A DNA stretch of 64,000 bases from Acidimicrobiia bacterium (GCA_041576165.1 JBFGLM010000002.1:64001-128000); one strand, 5' to 3'. Shown: positions 39,289-48,887, counted from the stretch's first letter. The notes: generated from the letters alone by a model not told the origin. Translations and numbers: made by a program.

Positions 39289-40944
39289 ATGGATCTCGCG
39301 CAACTGCTGACCGAACTCGGTCAAGCGCTCGGCGCCCATGACGAGACGGCGGTGGCAGACATCGTTGACCTGGTCGTTGCGCACATCCTCGGGTCGGATG
39401 AGCCGTTCTCGCCCGAGCTGGCCACCGAGATGCTGGGCACGCTTTTCCACAAGCGCAGTTTCCAGTCGGTAGCACGGCTGGGCGATGCCCTGTTGCAGGT
39501 CGGCGTAGACGAGCCGAAGGTGCGGGGTTACTACGCAGGCGCTTTGGCTGAGGAAGGCTTCTTGACGCCGGCCGAATCGATGGCTGAGAGTCTCAAGTCC
39601 AATTCGGTGGAAGATCCAGCCGAGCGGGCGTGGGCGCAGGAGTTCCTGGGCGGGGTCCGATCCCGGCTGTACGTTCAGGCGACGGGCATGCGGGGGGCGC
39701 GCCGTGAGCGCTTCCTCGACGGAGCGCTATCGGAGTATTGGGGCGCGTACGACGTCGCCCCGGGCGACCACCCCTCTCACGGCATCCAGGTCGTCGGGTT
39801 GCTCAGGCGGGCGGAGGCCGACGGTGTTGACCCGGGCCATTACGGAGACACGACCGAGATCGCCCGCAGGGTGGCAGAGACCGTGCGTGATTCACTCCGA
39901 CCGTCGGACCTGGTCACAGCCGTCAAGGCGGCCGTCACGCTGGGCGACGGCCACGCCGCGCTGGAAGCCGCCACCCGGCTGATCAGCCATGAGCAGGCCG
40001 AGGCGTACGAGCTGAGTGCGCTGCTGTGGGATCTCACGAACATCTGGGGCGTCGACGAAGCACGCGACGACAACAAGCAGCTGATCGGGTTGATCAAGAC
40101 CGGGCTGATGCAGCGGCCCGACTTCAGTCGAGTCGAGCTGACGCCGTCGGAGGCGAGAGCCGCCGCCGAGGGCCTCGACCGGGTCGGAGCCGGCGCGGTA
40201 CCGAGCGGAGCGGCGGATATTCAGCAGGACATCCCGGGCCTGGAACGGATCCTCGGCAAGGAAGGCGTGCGGACCCGGCGGTGGATCCTCAACATGCTCG
40301 ATCGGAGCCGGGCCGTCGCTCGAATAGAGGACCACAGCGAGAAAGCGATGGGCACCGGCTTCCTAGTGCCCGGTCAGGCTCTGCACGATTCGCTCGGTGA
40401 GCAGATGGTGCTCGTCACCAACAACCACGTCATTGCGTCCCGGCCCGAACGCAACCAACTGAAGCCTCTCGAAGCCGTCGCCCGCTTCCAGGCGCTTGAG
40501 GAAGAGGGCGAACGGGCCGGCGTCGACGTAGGCGACCCGATCTTCGAGTCGCCCGTGGAGAAGCTAGACGTGTCCGTTCTCGAGTGCGGGGCCCCCGAGG
40601 GAATGACGCCTTACCGGATCGCCGAGGATCTGCCGGATCACGACGCCATCGATGAAACGGCCAAGGTCTACGTCATCGGGCACCCGGGGGGCCGTACGCA
40701 GTCATTCTCGCTCGACGACAATCTACTGATCGACTACGACGACGAGGTGCTTCACTACCGGTCGCCGACCGAACCGGGGAGTTCAGGGAGTCCGCTGTTC
40801 GATCAGCAGTGGAACCTGATCGGCCTGCATAGTCGCGGCAACGAGAACTTGCCCAAGCTCAGAGGCCAGCCGGGCCGGCGTGAAGCCAACATGGGTTTTC
40901 GCATCACTGCAGTGAGAGCGGCGATGGAAATCTCGCTGCGGTAG
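39289..40944 (+). CDS. Trypsin-like serine protease with N-terminal helical (TPR-like) domain
   Basis: GTGFLV, TNNHVI (His), KLDVSVL (Asp), VIGHPGG, TEPGSSGSP (Ser), LIGLH; no signal peptide. Confidence 0.88.
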   Translation: MDLAQLLTELGQALGAHDETAVADIVDLVVAHILGSDEPFSPELATEMLGTLFHKRSFQSVARLGDALLQVGVDEPKVRGYYAGALAEEGFLTPAESMAESLKSNSVEDPAERAWAQEFLGGVRSRLYVQATGMRGARRERFLDGALSEYWGAYDVAPGDHPSHGIQVVGLLRRAEADGVDPGHYGDTTEIARRVAETVRDSLRPSDLVTAVKAAVTLGDGHAALEAATRLISHEQAEAYELSALLWDLTNIWGVDEARDDNKQLIGLIKTGLMQRPDFSRVELTPSEARAAAEGLDRVGAGAVPSGAADIQQDIPGLERILGKEGVRTRRWILNMLDRSRAVARIEDHSEKAMGTGFLVPGQALHDSLGEQMVLVTNNHVIASRPERNQLKPLEAVARFQALEEEGERAGVDVGDPIFESPVEKLDVSVLECGAPEGMTPYRIAEDLPDHDAIDETAKVYVIGHPGGRTQSFSLDDNLLIDYDDEVLHYRSPTEPGSSGSPLFDQQWNLIGLHSRGNENLPKLRGQPGRREANMGFRITAVRAAMEISLR

Positions 40945-40992
40945 CGCTCGCTGTGCCCGCCCGAACCGAGTTCAGGGCGGGGCCGTCGCGGC

Positions 40993-41616
40993 TCAGCGCT
41001 CGGTGGGCGGGAACGCCGTCTGCTTCGGCGGAGCCCACCTGACCCGCTCTTGCCACGGATCGGCGGGCACGAGCTCAAATACCTCGGCGTGGAGCGGCTT
41101 GTCGCCGTTGAGGGTGTGCAGCGAACGGCCGGTGAGGCCGAGGCGGGCGGCCTGAATGGGATCCTGATGAGAGACGACGGCGACTGGACCGTCGATCTGC
41201 GCAGACCAGCGGCCGATCGCGGACGCCATGCGGTGCGCCAGAGCGGCCAGCGACTCGGCGGACCACGGCAGGTCCCACGGGTGCCGCAGATAGGCGTCGA
41301 GCTCGCCGGGATAATGGTCGTCGAGCTCCTCCCATACCAGGCCTTTCCAGCGCTGGGCCATACCCCACTCGGTGAGCTCATCATCGATCCTGACTTCGAG
41401 GCCGTGCGGTCGAGCGATTGCTGCGGCGGTTTCACGCGCCCGCCGCAGGGGAGACGCCACCACGGCCGCGAGCCGGCGGGGAGCCAGGTACTCGCCGGCC
41501 TCGTCGGCCTGGCGACGGCCGAGATCACTCAGCCCGAATCCCGGAAGGTCGGCATATACGATGTGGTCGGGGTTGTGCACCTCGCCGTGGCGCACGAGAA
41601 ATACGGGGTGTGACAC
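40993..41616 (-). CDS. Histidine phosphatase family protein
   Basis: LVRHGE, SPLRRARETA, VSHQDPI; GTG 41616 is 7 nt after TACACT. Confidence 0.9.
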   Translation of the reverse strand: MSHPVFLVRHGEVHNPDHIVYADLPGFGLSDLGRRQADEAGEYLAPRRLAAVVASPLRRARETAAAIARPHGLEVRIDDELTEWGMAQRWKGLVWEELDDHYPGELDAYLRHPWDLPWSAESLAALAHRMASAIGRWSAQIDGPVAVVSHQDPIQAARLGLTGRSLHTLNGDKPLHAEVFELVPADPWQERVRWAPPKQTAFPPTER

Positions 41617-41644
41617 GAGTTCGAGTGTAAGGGTCCCGGGAGCA

Positions 41645-42853
41645 GTGACAGAAACCGAGCGGCGGTTCGACGAGCCGATTCTCCACGTCGACATGGATGC
41701 CTTCTATGTAGAGGTGGAACGGCTGCGCGATCCGTCCCTGGTGGGGGCCGCGGTCGTGGTCGGCGGTGCCGGGCCCCGAGGCGTCGTGGCGTCCGCCTCC
41801 TATGAGGCGAGGGCATTCGGGATCCGATCAGCAATGGCCATGGGCGAGGCTCGGCGGCGGTGCCCGGAACTGGTGGTCGTGGCGCCCGATCACGGGCGTT
41901 ACGGCGAGGTTTCCGAGGCGGTGTTCGAGATCTTTCGCAGCTACACCCCCGTGGTCGAAGGGTTGAGCGTCGATGAGGCGTTCCTCGACATCCGGGGCCT
42001 GCGCCTGCATTACGGGTCGCCGCTGGAGGTGGCGGCGGCGATCAGAACCCAGATCCGTCATGAACTTGGCTTGCCCGCCTCGGTCGGCATCGCGGCCACC
42101 AAATTCGTAGCCAAGCTGGCGTCGGCCCACGCCAAGCCGGACGGAATCAGACACGTTGCGGCCGGAGCGGAGGCCGCATTCCTCCACCCGCTGGCGGTGC
42201 AGGAGCTATGGGGGGTGGGCGCGGCTACCCACGCGGCGCTCGAACAGCTCGGGGTGGAAACGATCGGAGATCTGGCTGCAATCCCTGCGCCGACGCTCCA
42301 TCGAAGGCTGGGAACGGCGGTGGGGGGCCAGCTGGCCGCGCTGAGTCATGGGATCGATCCCCGCACGGTGGAACCCGATCTCGCAGCCAAGTCCCTGTCC
42401 GTCGAACACACCTATCCCGTCGATATCAGCGGCTACGAAGTCTTGGAGTCCGAAACGCTCCGGCATGCTGAGCGCCTGGGTAGCCGGCTCAGGAGGGCCG
42501 GGCTGAGCGGCCGTACCGTCGGACTCAAGCTGAGATACGCCGACTTCACGACAGTGACCCGCAGCGAGACGCTGGCGTCGCCGACCGACGTCAGTCGCGA
42601 CATCTATCAGGCGGCCAAGCGCCTGTTGGCCGGGCTTGACGTTGGAGACCGGCCGGTGCGCCTTCTAGGTGTGGGGATGAGCGGGCTGAGCGAAGCGGGC
42701 GGTATCCGTCAGCTGGCCGTCGACCGTCCTGCCAAATGGGACGACGTTGCTGATGCGGTGGAGAGCGTTCGACGGCGCTACGGTAACGATGCAGTGGCTC
42801 CGGCGCGGCTGCGGGACACCCCCGACGAAGGGGCCTCCGAGCGACCGGATTGA
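41645..42853 (+). CDS. dinB: DNA polymerase IV
   Basis: HVDMDAFY, SASYEAR, SVDEAFLD, AKLAS...KPDG, VRLLGV. Confidence 0.95.
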   Translation: MTETERRFDEPILHVDMDAFYVEVERLRDPSLVGAAVVVGGAGPRGVVASASYEARAFGIRSAMAMGEARRRCPELVVVAPDHGRYGEVSEAVFEIFRSYTPVVEGLSVDEAFLDIRGLRLHYGSPLEVAAAIRTQIRHELGLPASVGIAATKFVAKLASAHAKPDGIRHVAAGAEAAFLHPLAVQELWGVGAATHAALEQLGVETIGDLAAIPAPTLHRRLGTAVGGQLAALSHGIDPRTVEPDLAAKSLSVEHTYPVDISGYEVLESETLRHAERLGSRLRRAGLSGRTVGLKLRYADFTTVTRSETLASPTDVSRDIYQAAKRLLAGLDVGDRPVRLLGVGMSGLSEAGGIRQLAVDRPAKWDDVADAVESVRRRYGNDAVAPARLRDTPDEGASERPD

Positions 42854-42943
42854 GCGGTCTCAACCGGAGATTGAGCCTTCAGCCTTGTCTCGGTCGCTGC
42901 GTATAATGGCTCAGCGAGTTGGCCGACGGGCCCAGGAGACCGG

Positions 42944-43285
42944 ATGCCATTGGACGAACGAGAACAGCGGATCCTCGACGAAATCGAGCGGCAATTCCGG
43001 GAGGAAGATCCCGAGCTGGTAGAAGCGGTCAACACGATGCCGCTGGCGCGGTTCGCCAAGGGCGGCATCAAGCTCTCGATTCTCGGTGTCATAGTCGGCC
43101 TGGTGCTGATGCTGGCCACCTTCTCGATCAACCCTTTTCCGGCCCTTGTCGGTTTCGTGATCATGGTCTATTCGGTCACACGGCTCGTTTCGGCTCTCGG
43201 TGATGGCTCCCGGAGTCGTTCCAGCGGCGGCGGCGCCGGAAAAGTTCGAAATCGATTCAGAAGTCTCTGGCCTTTCGGGCGCTGA
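42944..43285 (+). CDS. DUF3040 family membrane protein
   Basis: MPLDEREQRILDEIERQFREEDP plus two TM helices; TATAAT at 42902. Confidence 0.85.
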   Translation: MPLDEREQRILDEIERQFREEDPELVEAVNTMPLARFAKGGIKLSILGVIVGLVLMLATFSINPFPALVGFVIMVYSVTRLVSALGDGSRSRSSGGGAGKVRNRFRSLWPFGR

Positions 43286-43304
43286 CCCGGTTCTGCGGGC
43301 TAGA

Positions 43305-43324
43305 GTGGCCGGACTTCCGGCCAC
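43305..43324 (+). terminator. Putative terminator hairpin
   Basis: GTGGCCGG-ACTT-CCGGCCAC 8-bp stem just after the DUF3040 stop; no U tract. Confidence 0.35.
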
Positions 43325-43430
43325 AGCTGAGCGATCACTGATCGAGTCACTTCCCCAATTGGCTCGCTGAGGCCTGGCGGAGCAAGCGGAGGATTGGCGA
43401 CACTTCGGGTGTCGTGCGGGTCGTGGGAGA

Positions 43431-43928
43431 GTGATGGCTGAGGGGTTCACTGCGCAGCAGGCGTCCCGATTGACGAACTGCACGCAGCACCAGTTGCGCT
43501 ATTGGGACAACGTAGGTTTGGTTCAGCCCTCCGTGCAGGGGACCGGTGGGCGTCCCGGGGTCCGGCGCATGTACTCGTTCCGGGATCTCGTCGCCCTTCG
43601 GGTGGTGCGGGCGTTGCTCGACAATGGCATGTCGGTCCAGCGGGTCAGGCGAGCATGGTCGTACCTGCGGCGTAATGGAGATTTCGACAAGCACCTGTCG
43701 GAGGTCCGTCTCGTGTCCGACGGCCGCACGATTTTCCACGTGAACGCCGACGAGGACGAGATCCTCGACGCACTACGGGCGGGGCAGCTTGCCTTCTTCG
43801 GGACGATCGATCACGTTACGAGGTCGGTCGAGGAGGATATCACCCGGTTTGAGCTCGACCGGGAGCAGTTCCTCGAGGTTCTGCGGCGAGTGGAGGACGA
43901 CGTGCTGGCCGAGGTCGTCGAGGGCTGA
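43431..43928 (+). CDS. MerR-family transcriptional regulator (Rv1830-like)
   Basis: QLRYWD...LVQPS...RRMYSFRDLV...LLDNGMSVQRVR, LVSDG, GQLAF. Confidence 0.85.
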   Translation: MMAEGFTAQQASRLTNCTQHQLRYWDNVGLVQPSVQGTGGRPGVRRMYSFRDLVALRVVRALLDNGMSVQRVRRAWSYLRRNGDFDKHLSEVRLVSDGRTIFHVNADEDEILDALRAGQLAFFGTIDHVTRSVEEDITRFELDREQFLEVLRRVEDDVLAEVVEG

Positions 43929-43966
43929 ACGGACCCCGGTGCGGACTAGGTGCTCGAGGGGCTGGC

Positions 43967-46327
43967 TCAGTCGCCGTGCGACCGGAGCGAGCGCAGATTG
44001 AACCAGCGCAGAAGGCGGCGGGTCTTCGAGTATCGCTCTCGCAGCCCGGTCTCGGTTCGGAGGTACGACGCTTCGGCCCACTGGAGACGGGGTGCCGAGA
44101 CCTCGGCTTCCGGGCCGTACATCACCTTCGTATATGTGAGCGCCAGGGGCTCCATCGCCGGGTCGGTCGACGCAGCAACCTCGGTCGGGGTAGCCGACCG
44201 AGGGACGGGATCGCCGAGATCAGCCAGCTGGTCGGTGATCTCGTACCAGGCCGCGCTGATGTCGCCCCGATTGAGCCGCCGGAGGCGTCGCCGCCGGCGC
44301 CACCACTTATAGGCGGGGATGGCACTGAGCAGGGCGGCCGCGATGGGCAATACGAGCAGTTGCCATGGGAACGGCCGGCGTACGGCGTCCGGGTCGAATC
44401 CCGGTAGGACAATGTCGGGCGACGAGGGGGCCTCGGCGATCTGGTTCAACAGCTCCAGCGCCGGGCCGTCGATCGCGTTGTTGACTGCGGTCTCGGTGGC
44501 GTCGCTGCCATCGTCCTGGAGCGGCACGTAGTTGCGCGGGTCAAAGCCGAGGGAGTTGACGAGGCCCGGATTGTCGGCCTGCCGCCGGGGAGTCGGATCG
44601 AACTGCACCCATCCCTGCTCCGGGAACCAGACTTCGACCCATGAATGTGCATCGTTTTGGCGCACGGTCACGGTTCCGTTCGCGTCGATGTCACCGGGGG
44701 CGAAGCCGAGGATGACCCGGCTGGGAATGCCGAGAGTTCGCGCCATCACGGCCATGGCGGTGGCGAACTGTTCGCAGTAGCCGATTCGGTAGTTGATGCT
44801 CTCGGGATCGGTCAGCCACGATTCGAGGTCCTGCGCGGAGTGGCCCGGGTCGATCGTGACGTCGTAGGTGAAGTTGTCCGACCTCAGGAAGGCTTCCATG
44901 AACAGTGCCCGCTCGAAGTCGGTGGCGGCCGCCGCCGTGAGCTCCCGGGCAAACCCTCCCACGGTGCTTTGTGCGATCGACGGCGGGAGCTCCAGGAAGA
45001 CGTCCAGATTCTCCGGTTCGGGACGGGGCGCCACGCCTGCCGCCTGGCCCTCGAACACGCCTTGCTGGCGGGCCTCCTCGAAGATCCCCGAAAGTGAGCC
45101 TTCCCGTGAGGCCAGAACGTCGAAGTTGGGGGCCGGTATCTGCGACGTCACCTGGTAGTTGAGGCCTTCAAACGTGAGCGCGTCAAAGCGCACGGCCCCG
45201 TCCTCGCGGATTCGGAAGCTTTCGGTCAAGATCTCAGACTGGGACGCAAGTGCGACCGGGGTGTACGCGGCGGGGAGGTAGTTCTGGCGCAGGGAAGCGA
45301 TCGTGATGTCCTGGCGAACGGTGGTGGTAGGCCCGATGAAGACCTGATCCGGGTTCTCCCACGGAGTTCCCGGCTCGGGCCTGCGAATCTGGGAACGGCG
45401 CGGGAACCAGTTCGTCCCATCGAAGCTTTCCAGCGCGATCAGCTTCCAGTAGACGTCGCCCGGGTCGATGTCGCCCTCAATTCGGGCTGTGAAGACCGGA
45501 GTGTCCGACTGCGAGACCAGGCTCTGCTGCACCCCCACAAAGAGGTTGTAGCTGACTCCACCGAAGATCCCATTGCCGAAGCCGGTGCGGGCACGCCAGT
45601 TGAGCACGCCCGATTCGGGAACTCGGTCGGCCAGTATCCCCGAGACCAGCACCGTGATGATCAGGAGGCCGACGACGTAGGCGCCGGGTCGACCGGCGGA
45701 CAGCGCAGAGACGTATCGGTTTTCACGATCTCGCAGCCGACCGGTCCCGGCCGTCCGCTCGTCATAGGCAACGGCCAGCAAGCTCGCGAGGAGAAGCCCC
45801 AGGAAAGCGAACGTCCAGCCGAGCCCGGGTGGGACTCGATCCATCGTGGCGAGCTGGAGGTAGAGGAGGAGGCCGGGCACGATCGCGATGATCGGCCGGC
45901 CGGTGGTGAGGGCCCACACCACGACAGCTCCGATGACCCAGAAGAGCCAGGTGAGGAGCAGGATTATCCCGGCCACCGGCACCACAGGAGCTGTCCCGAA
46001 CCGGATCAGCTCGAAGCCAAAGGCCAGCTCCCGTACCGTCTCGCCGACGGTGGCCGGGGTCGGGATCAGGCCGAACAGCGCCGTGTCGGGGGCGGCGATC
46101 CGGATCGTAGCGAGCACGAGGCCGATCCCGTTGGCGATGAGTAAACCGGACAGGCTGGCGCGATAGGACAGGGCCACCCAGGTGATGACTCCACCGAGCA
46201 AGAGAGCGGCGATCAGAACCAGCTGCCAGGGCGGGCCCTGAGAGGCCGTCCGCAGCAACCGCTCCATTCGTAGCAGCGCCAGGATCAGCCCCGCCGCGGT
46301 GGCGAACCAGGTCAGACGGTTGACCAT
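43967..46327 (-). CDS. Transglutaminase-like membrane protein (TgpA/DUF3488)
   Basis: N-terminal TMs; GYCEQFA, DAHSWVE, FDPTP catalytic triad. Confidence 0.9.
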   Translation of the reverse strand: MVNRLTWFATAAGLILALLRMERLLRTASQGPPWQLVLIAALLLGGVITWVALSYRASLSGLLIANGIGLVLATIRIAAPDTALFGLIPTPATVGETVRELAFGFELIRFGTAPVVPVAGIILLLTWLFWVIGAVVVWALTTGRPIIAIVPGLLLYLQLATMDRVPPGLGWTFAFLGLLLASLLAVAYDERTAGTGRLRDRENRYVSALSAGRPGAYVVGLLIITVLVSGILADRVPESGVLNWRARTGFGNGIFGGVSYNLFVGVQQSLVSQSDTPVFTARIEGDIDPGDVYWKLIALESFDGTNWFPRRSQIRRPEPGTPWENPDQVFIGPTTTVRQDITIASLRQNYLPAAYTPVALASQSEILTESFRIREDGAVRFDALTFEGLNYQVTSQIPAPNFDVLASREGSLSGIFEEARQQGVFEGQAAGVAPRPEPENLDVFLELPPSIAQSTVGGFARELTAAAATDFERALFMEAFLRSDNFTYDVTIDPGHSAQDLESWLTDPESINYRIGYCEQFATAMAVMARTLGIPSRVILGFAPGDIDANGTVTVRQNDAHSWVEVWFPEQGWVQFDPTPRRQADNPGLVNSLGFDPRNYVPLQDDGSDATETAVNNAIDGPALELLNQIAEAPSSPDIVLPGFDPDAVRRPFPWQLLVLPIAAALLSAIPAYKWWRRRRRLRRLNRGDISAAWYEITDQLADLGDPVPRSATPTEVAASTDPAMEPLALTYTKVMYGPEAEVSAPRLQWAEASYLRTETGLRERYSKTRRLLRWFNLRSLRSHGD

Positions 46328-47487
46328 GTGGACTGCACCCCTTTCAACCACGCCGGCGCCCACGGGTCGTGTGGCCCGACGGTGATCGTGGTCGCGCCGC
46401 CGCGCTGGAATTGCACCAGCGACTCGGGTGGCTCATCGGTGACCGACAGCAGAACCGTCCGCCCGAAGTCGCGTGAGAGCAGCCGCTGAGCCTCCAGCAG
46501 CTCGTTGTCGCCCACCCCCGTGATCAGAACCAGTGCCCCGCCACGGGCGCCCCGCCGCAGATGCATTGCCGCAGCCCGGATGTCGAGATCTTCCTCGAGC
46601 TGGACCCTCGCCAGCGCCTCCATGGCCGAAGCGTAGGGCGACCCGGCGTTGGAGCTGACCGGTGCTCCACCGGTCCAAAGGTCGGCCGCGAAGCCCTCCC
46701 GGTACAAGTGGCGGATCACCGAGGCGGCGCCGCGAACGGCCCGTTCGAAAGCGGCCGGAGACTCGTAGGCGGATTCTCGCGGGTCGAGCAAGACCAGCGC
46801 TCTCGCCTGCCACGGCGTCTCGAGCTGGCGGATCATCAGCCGGTCTCGCTTCGCCGAGCTCGGCCAGTGAACCCGGCGCAGGTCATCGCCGATCTGGTAC
46901 TCCCTGAGTGTAAAGAAATCCTCGCCGCCCCGGTGGCTGAATTCCGGTTTGGCCGCATGGACCGACGGATCGAGGCCGCGTACTATCGGGAACCCTTCGA
47001 GGTCCTCCACCGAGGGATACACAATGAGCTGGTCCCCCTCGCCGACCGAGACCGAAACCGACGCCAGTCCGAGCGGATCTGAGGTGGTGATAGTTGCTGG
47101 CCCCACCTCGTAGATGCCCCGCGGTCGGCATAAGATCTGATACGAGGCGGAAGCCGAGGTGCCGCGGGCCAGCAGACCGAGGGCGAAGCGAGCGGTGCCC
47201 AGGCCCGACACGGTGTCCTCCACCGTCACGTTGCGCATTGCGAACCGTCCCCGGTTGGCAACGGCGGTAGACACCGACGCCTGATCTCCTTCGTGCACCA
47301 GGTTGGGGGTGAGGCGTCTCGTGACCGCAGCGACCGGTATCGTCACCTTGACGAGGATGAGCGCCAGTCCCACGCCGGCGATCAACAGCACACCGGAACC
47401 GAGCAGTTCGATTTCCCCCAACGCCACGAACAGAATCAGGAGTGCGATACCCGCCCCGAGCGCGGCCCAGCCGCGGTCGGTCAGCAT
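46312..47487 (-). CDS. DUF58 (vWA-like) protein
   Basis: LREYQIGDDLRRVHWPSSAK signature; downstream of MoxR. Confidence 0.9.
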   Translation of the reverse strand: MLTDRGWAALGAGIALLILFVALGEIELLGSGVLLIAGVGLALILVKVTIPVAAVTRRLTPNLVHEGDQASVSTAVANRGRFAMRNVTVEDTVSGLGTARFALGLLARGTSASASYQILCRPRGIYEVGPATITTSDPLGLASVSVSVGEGDQLIVYPSVEDLEGFPIVRGLDPSVHAAKPEFSHRGGEDFFTLREYQIGDDLRRVHWPSSAKRDRLMIRQLETPWQARALVLLDPRESAYESPAAFERAVRGAASVIRHLYREGFAADLWTGGAPVSSNAGSPYASAMEALARVQLEEDLDIRAAAMHLRRGARGGALVLITGVGDNELLEAQRLLSRDFGRTVLLSVTDEPPESLVQFQRGGATTITVGPHDPWAPAWLKGVQSTWSTV

Positions 47488-48465
47488 CTACGTCCCGGCG
47501 TGGGCACCCGGCACCGTCAGGGAGCCGATGACCGAGCTGACGATGTCGCTCATGTCGGTTCCGCGCATCTGAGCCTCTGGTCGCAAGGCAAGGCGATGCT
47601 CCAACACTGGCGCGGCGAGGGCCTTGATGTCGTCGGGAGTGACGTACTCCCGACCCTCCGCGGCCGCGCGCACGCGGGCCACCCGCTGCAGGTATAGCGC
47701 CGAACGGGGCGACGCCCCCAGCAACAGCTCACCGTGCTGGCGGGTCGCTTCGACCACGTCGACGATGTAACCCTTCATGGAGGTGGCGACGTGGATCTGA
47801 CGGGCCGTGTCGATCATGCGCTCGACCTCATCGGCGCTGACCACCGACTTGAGGTCGTTGAAGGGCGAGATCCCGCCGTGTGTGTCGAGGATCTCGCGTT
47901 CCTTTTCCCGGGTGGGATAGCCGATGACCACACGCATCATGAACCGGTCGAGTTGGGCTTCGGGCAGGGGATAGGTCCCTTCGTGCTCGATCGGATTCTG
48001 GGTGGCGATCACCATGAACGGGGGCTGGAGCGGGTGGGTGGTCGTATCGACCGTCACCTGCCGCTCCTCCATGGCTTCGAGCAACGCGGCCTGAGTCTTC
48101 GGGCTGGCCCGGTTGATCTCATCGCCCACGACGATGTTGGCGAAGATGGGTCCGGGATTGAAGACGAAGCTCGACGCCTGACGATCCCAGACGGACACGC
48201 CTGTGATGTCGGAGGGCAGTAGGTCAGGGGTGAACTGAATTCGGTGGAAGGAGCAGTCGATGGTGCGGGCCAGTGACTTGGCCAGGAGCGTCTTGCCCAC
48301 GCCCGGTACATCCTCCACGAGCACATGGCCTTCGGCCACGAGGCTCATACCCAGCAGCTCGATGACGTGGCGCTTTCCCTGGATGACGCGCTCGATATTG
48401 CTCACCATGGCGTCAAAACGGTCCGCGAACCAGGACACCTGCTCGGGGGGAAGCGACTCGTTCAC
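47488..48465 (-). CDS. MoxR-family AAA+ ATPase
   Basis: EDVPGVGKT, RIQFTPDLLPSD, DEINRA, ATQNPIE, PEAQLDRF. Start approximate. Confidence 0.94.
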   Translation of the reverse strand: MNESLPPEQVSWFADRFDAMVSNIERVIQGKRHVIELLGMSLVAEGHVLVEDVPGVGKTLLAKSLARTIDCSFHRIQFTPDLLPSDITGVSVWDRQASSFVFNPGPIFANIVVGDEINRASPKTQAALLEAMEERQVTVDTTTHPLQPPFMVIATQNPIEHEGTYPLPEAQLDRFMMRVVIGYPTREKEREILDTHGGISPFNDLKSVVSADEVERMIDTARQIHVATSMKGYIVDVVEATRQHGELLLGASPRSALYLQRVARVRAAAEGREYVTPDDIKALAAPVLEHRLALRPEAQMRGTDMSDIVSSVIGSLTVPGAHAGT

Positions 48466-48614
48466 CTGTTGCACCTCACGTCGAACCTCGCAGACATTAC
48501 TAGGGGGCCAGGATTGTGGCACCGTGAGCTTTGGGGCAGGCGCCGGGGCGAGCCCGAATGCCCGAGCACCAGGTACCAGCGCCCGGATCTCTTTCAGGTA
48601 CCCTCTCGCGAGTC

Positions 48615-48887
48615 ATGGATACCTCGCGCGGGCATCGAGCGAGTGGTGCCGGGCTGGTGCGAGCACTCGCCCGTCGCCCGACACTCGCCGTTGAGGCGCT
48701 TCGCACGGTGCTGGCAGTGGCGCCCCGGGCGTGGTGGCGGGCCGTCCCCTTCCTTCCGATACCCGACGCCGACTACTGGGCTTGGCGGGCAGAAACCGCC
48801 TACGGCGACCGAGGTACCGCCCCGGATATCGACGACATCCTGGATTACCTGGCGTGGCGCCGGCGGCAGCGGTCGATCCGGAGATGA
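48615..48887 (+). CDS. Hypothetical protein
   Basis: APRAWWRAVPFLPIPDADYWAWRAETAYGD looks protein-like; start uncertain. Confidence 0.6.
   Translation: MDTSRGHRASGAGLVRALARRPTLAVEALRTVLAVAPRAWWRAVPFLPIPDADYWAWRAETAYGDRGTAPDIDDILDYLAWRRRQRSIRR

Noticed and set aside
28242-40944. Gasdermin or CRISPR-associated (Craspase-type) context for the CHAT protease
   Set aside because: No gasdermin-sized ORF, cas gene or repeat-spacer array is present in the window.
28155-40992. Mobile-element boundaries (att sites, integrase, tRNA, IS) around the protease/STAND block
   Set aside because: No recombinase, tRNA or flanking direct repeat was visible, and GC content is similar to the flanks, so it is not called a mobile element.
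41617-41644. LexA box upstream of dinB
   Set aside because: Only a half-site (GTTCGA) is present; no CGAAC-N4-GTTCG palindrome.
42886-42907. Second PafBC-like promoter (TGTCTC-N10-TATAAT) before DUF3040
   Set aside because: Spacing fits, but the upstream hexamer deviates at two positions and a perfect TATAAT suffices as an ordinary promoter.
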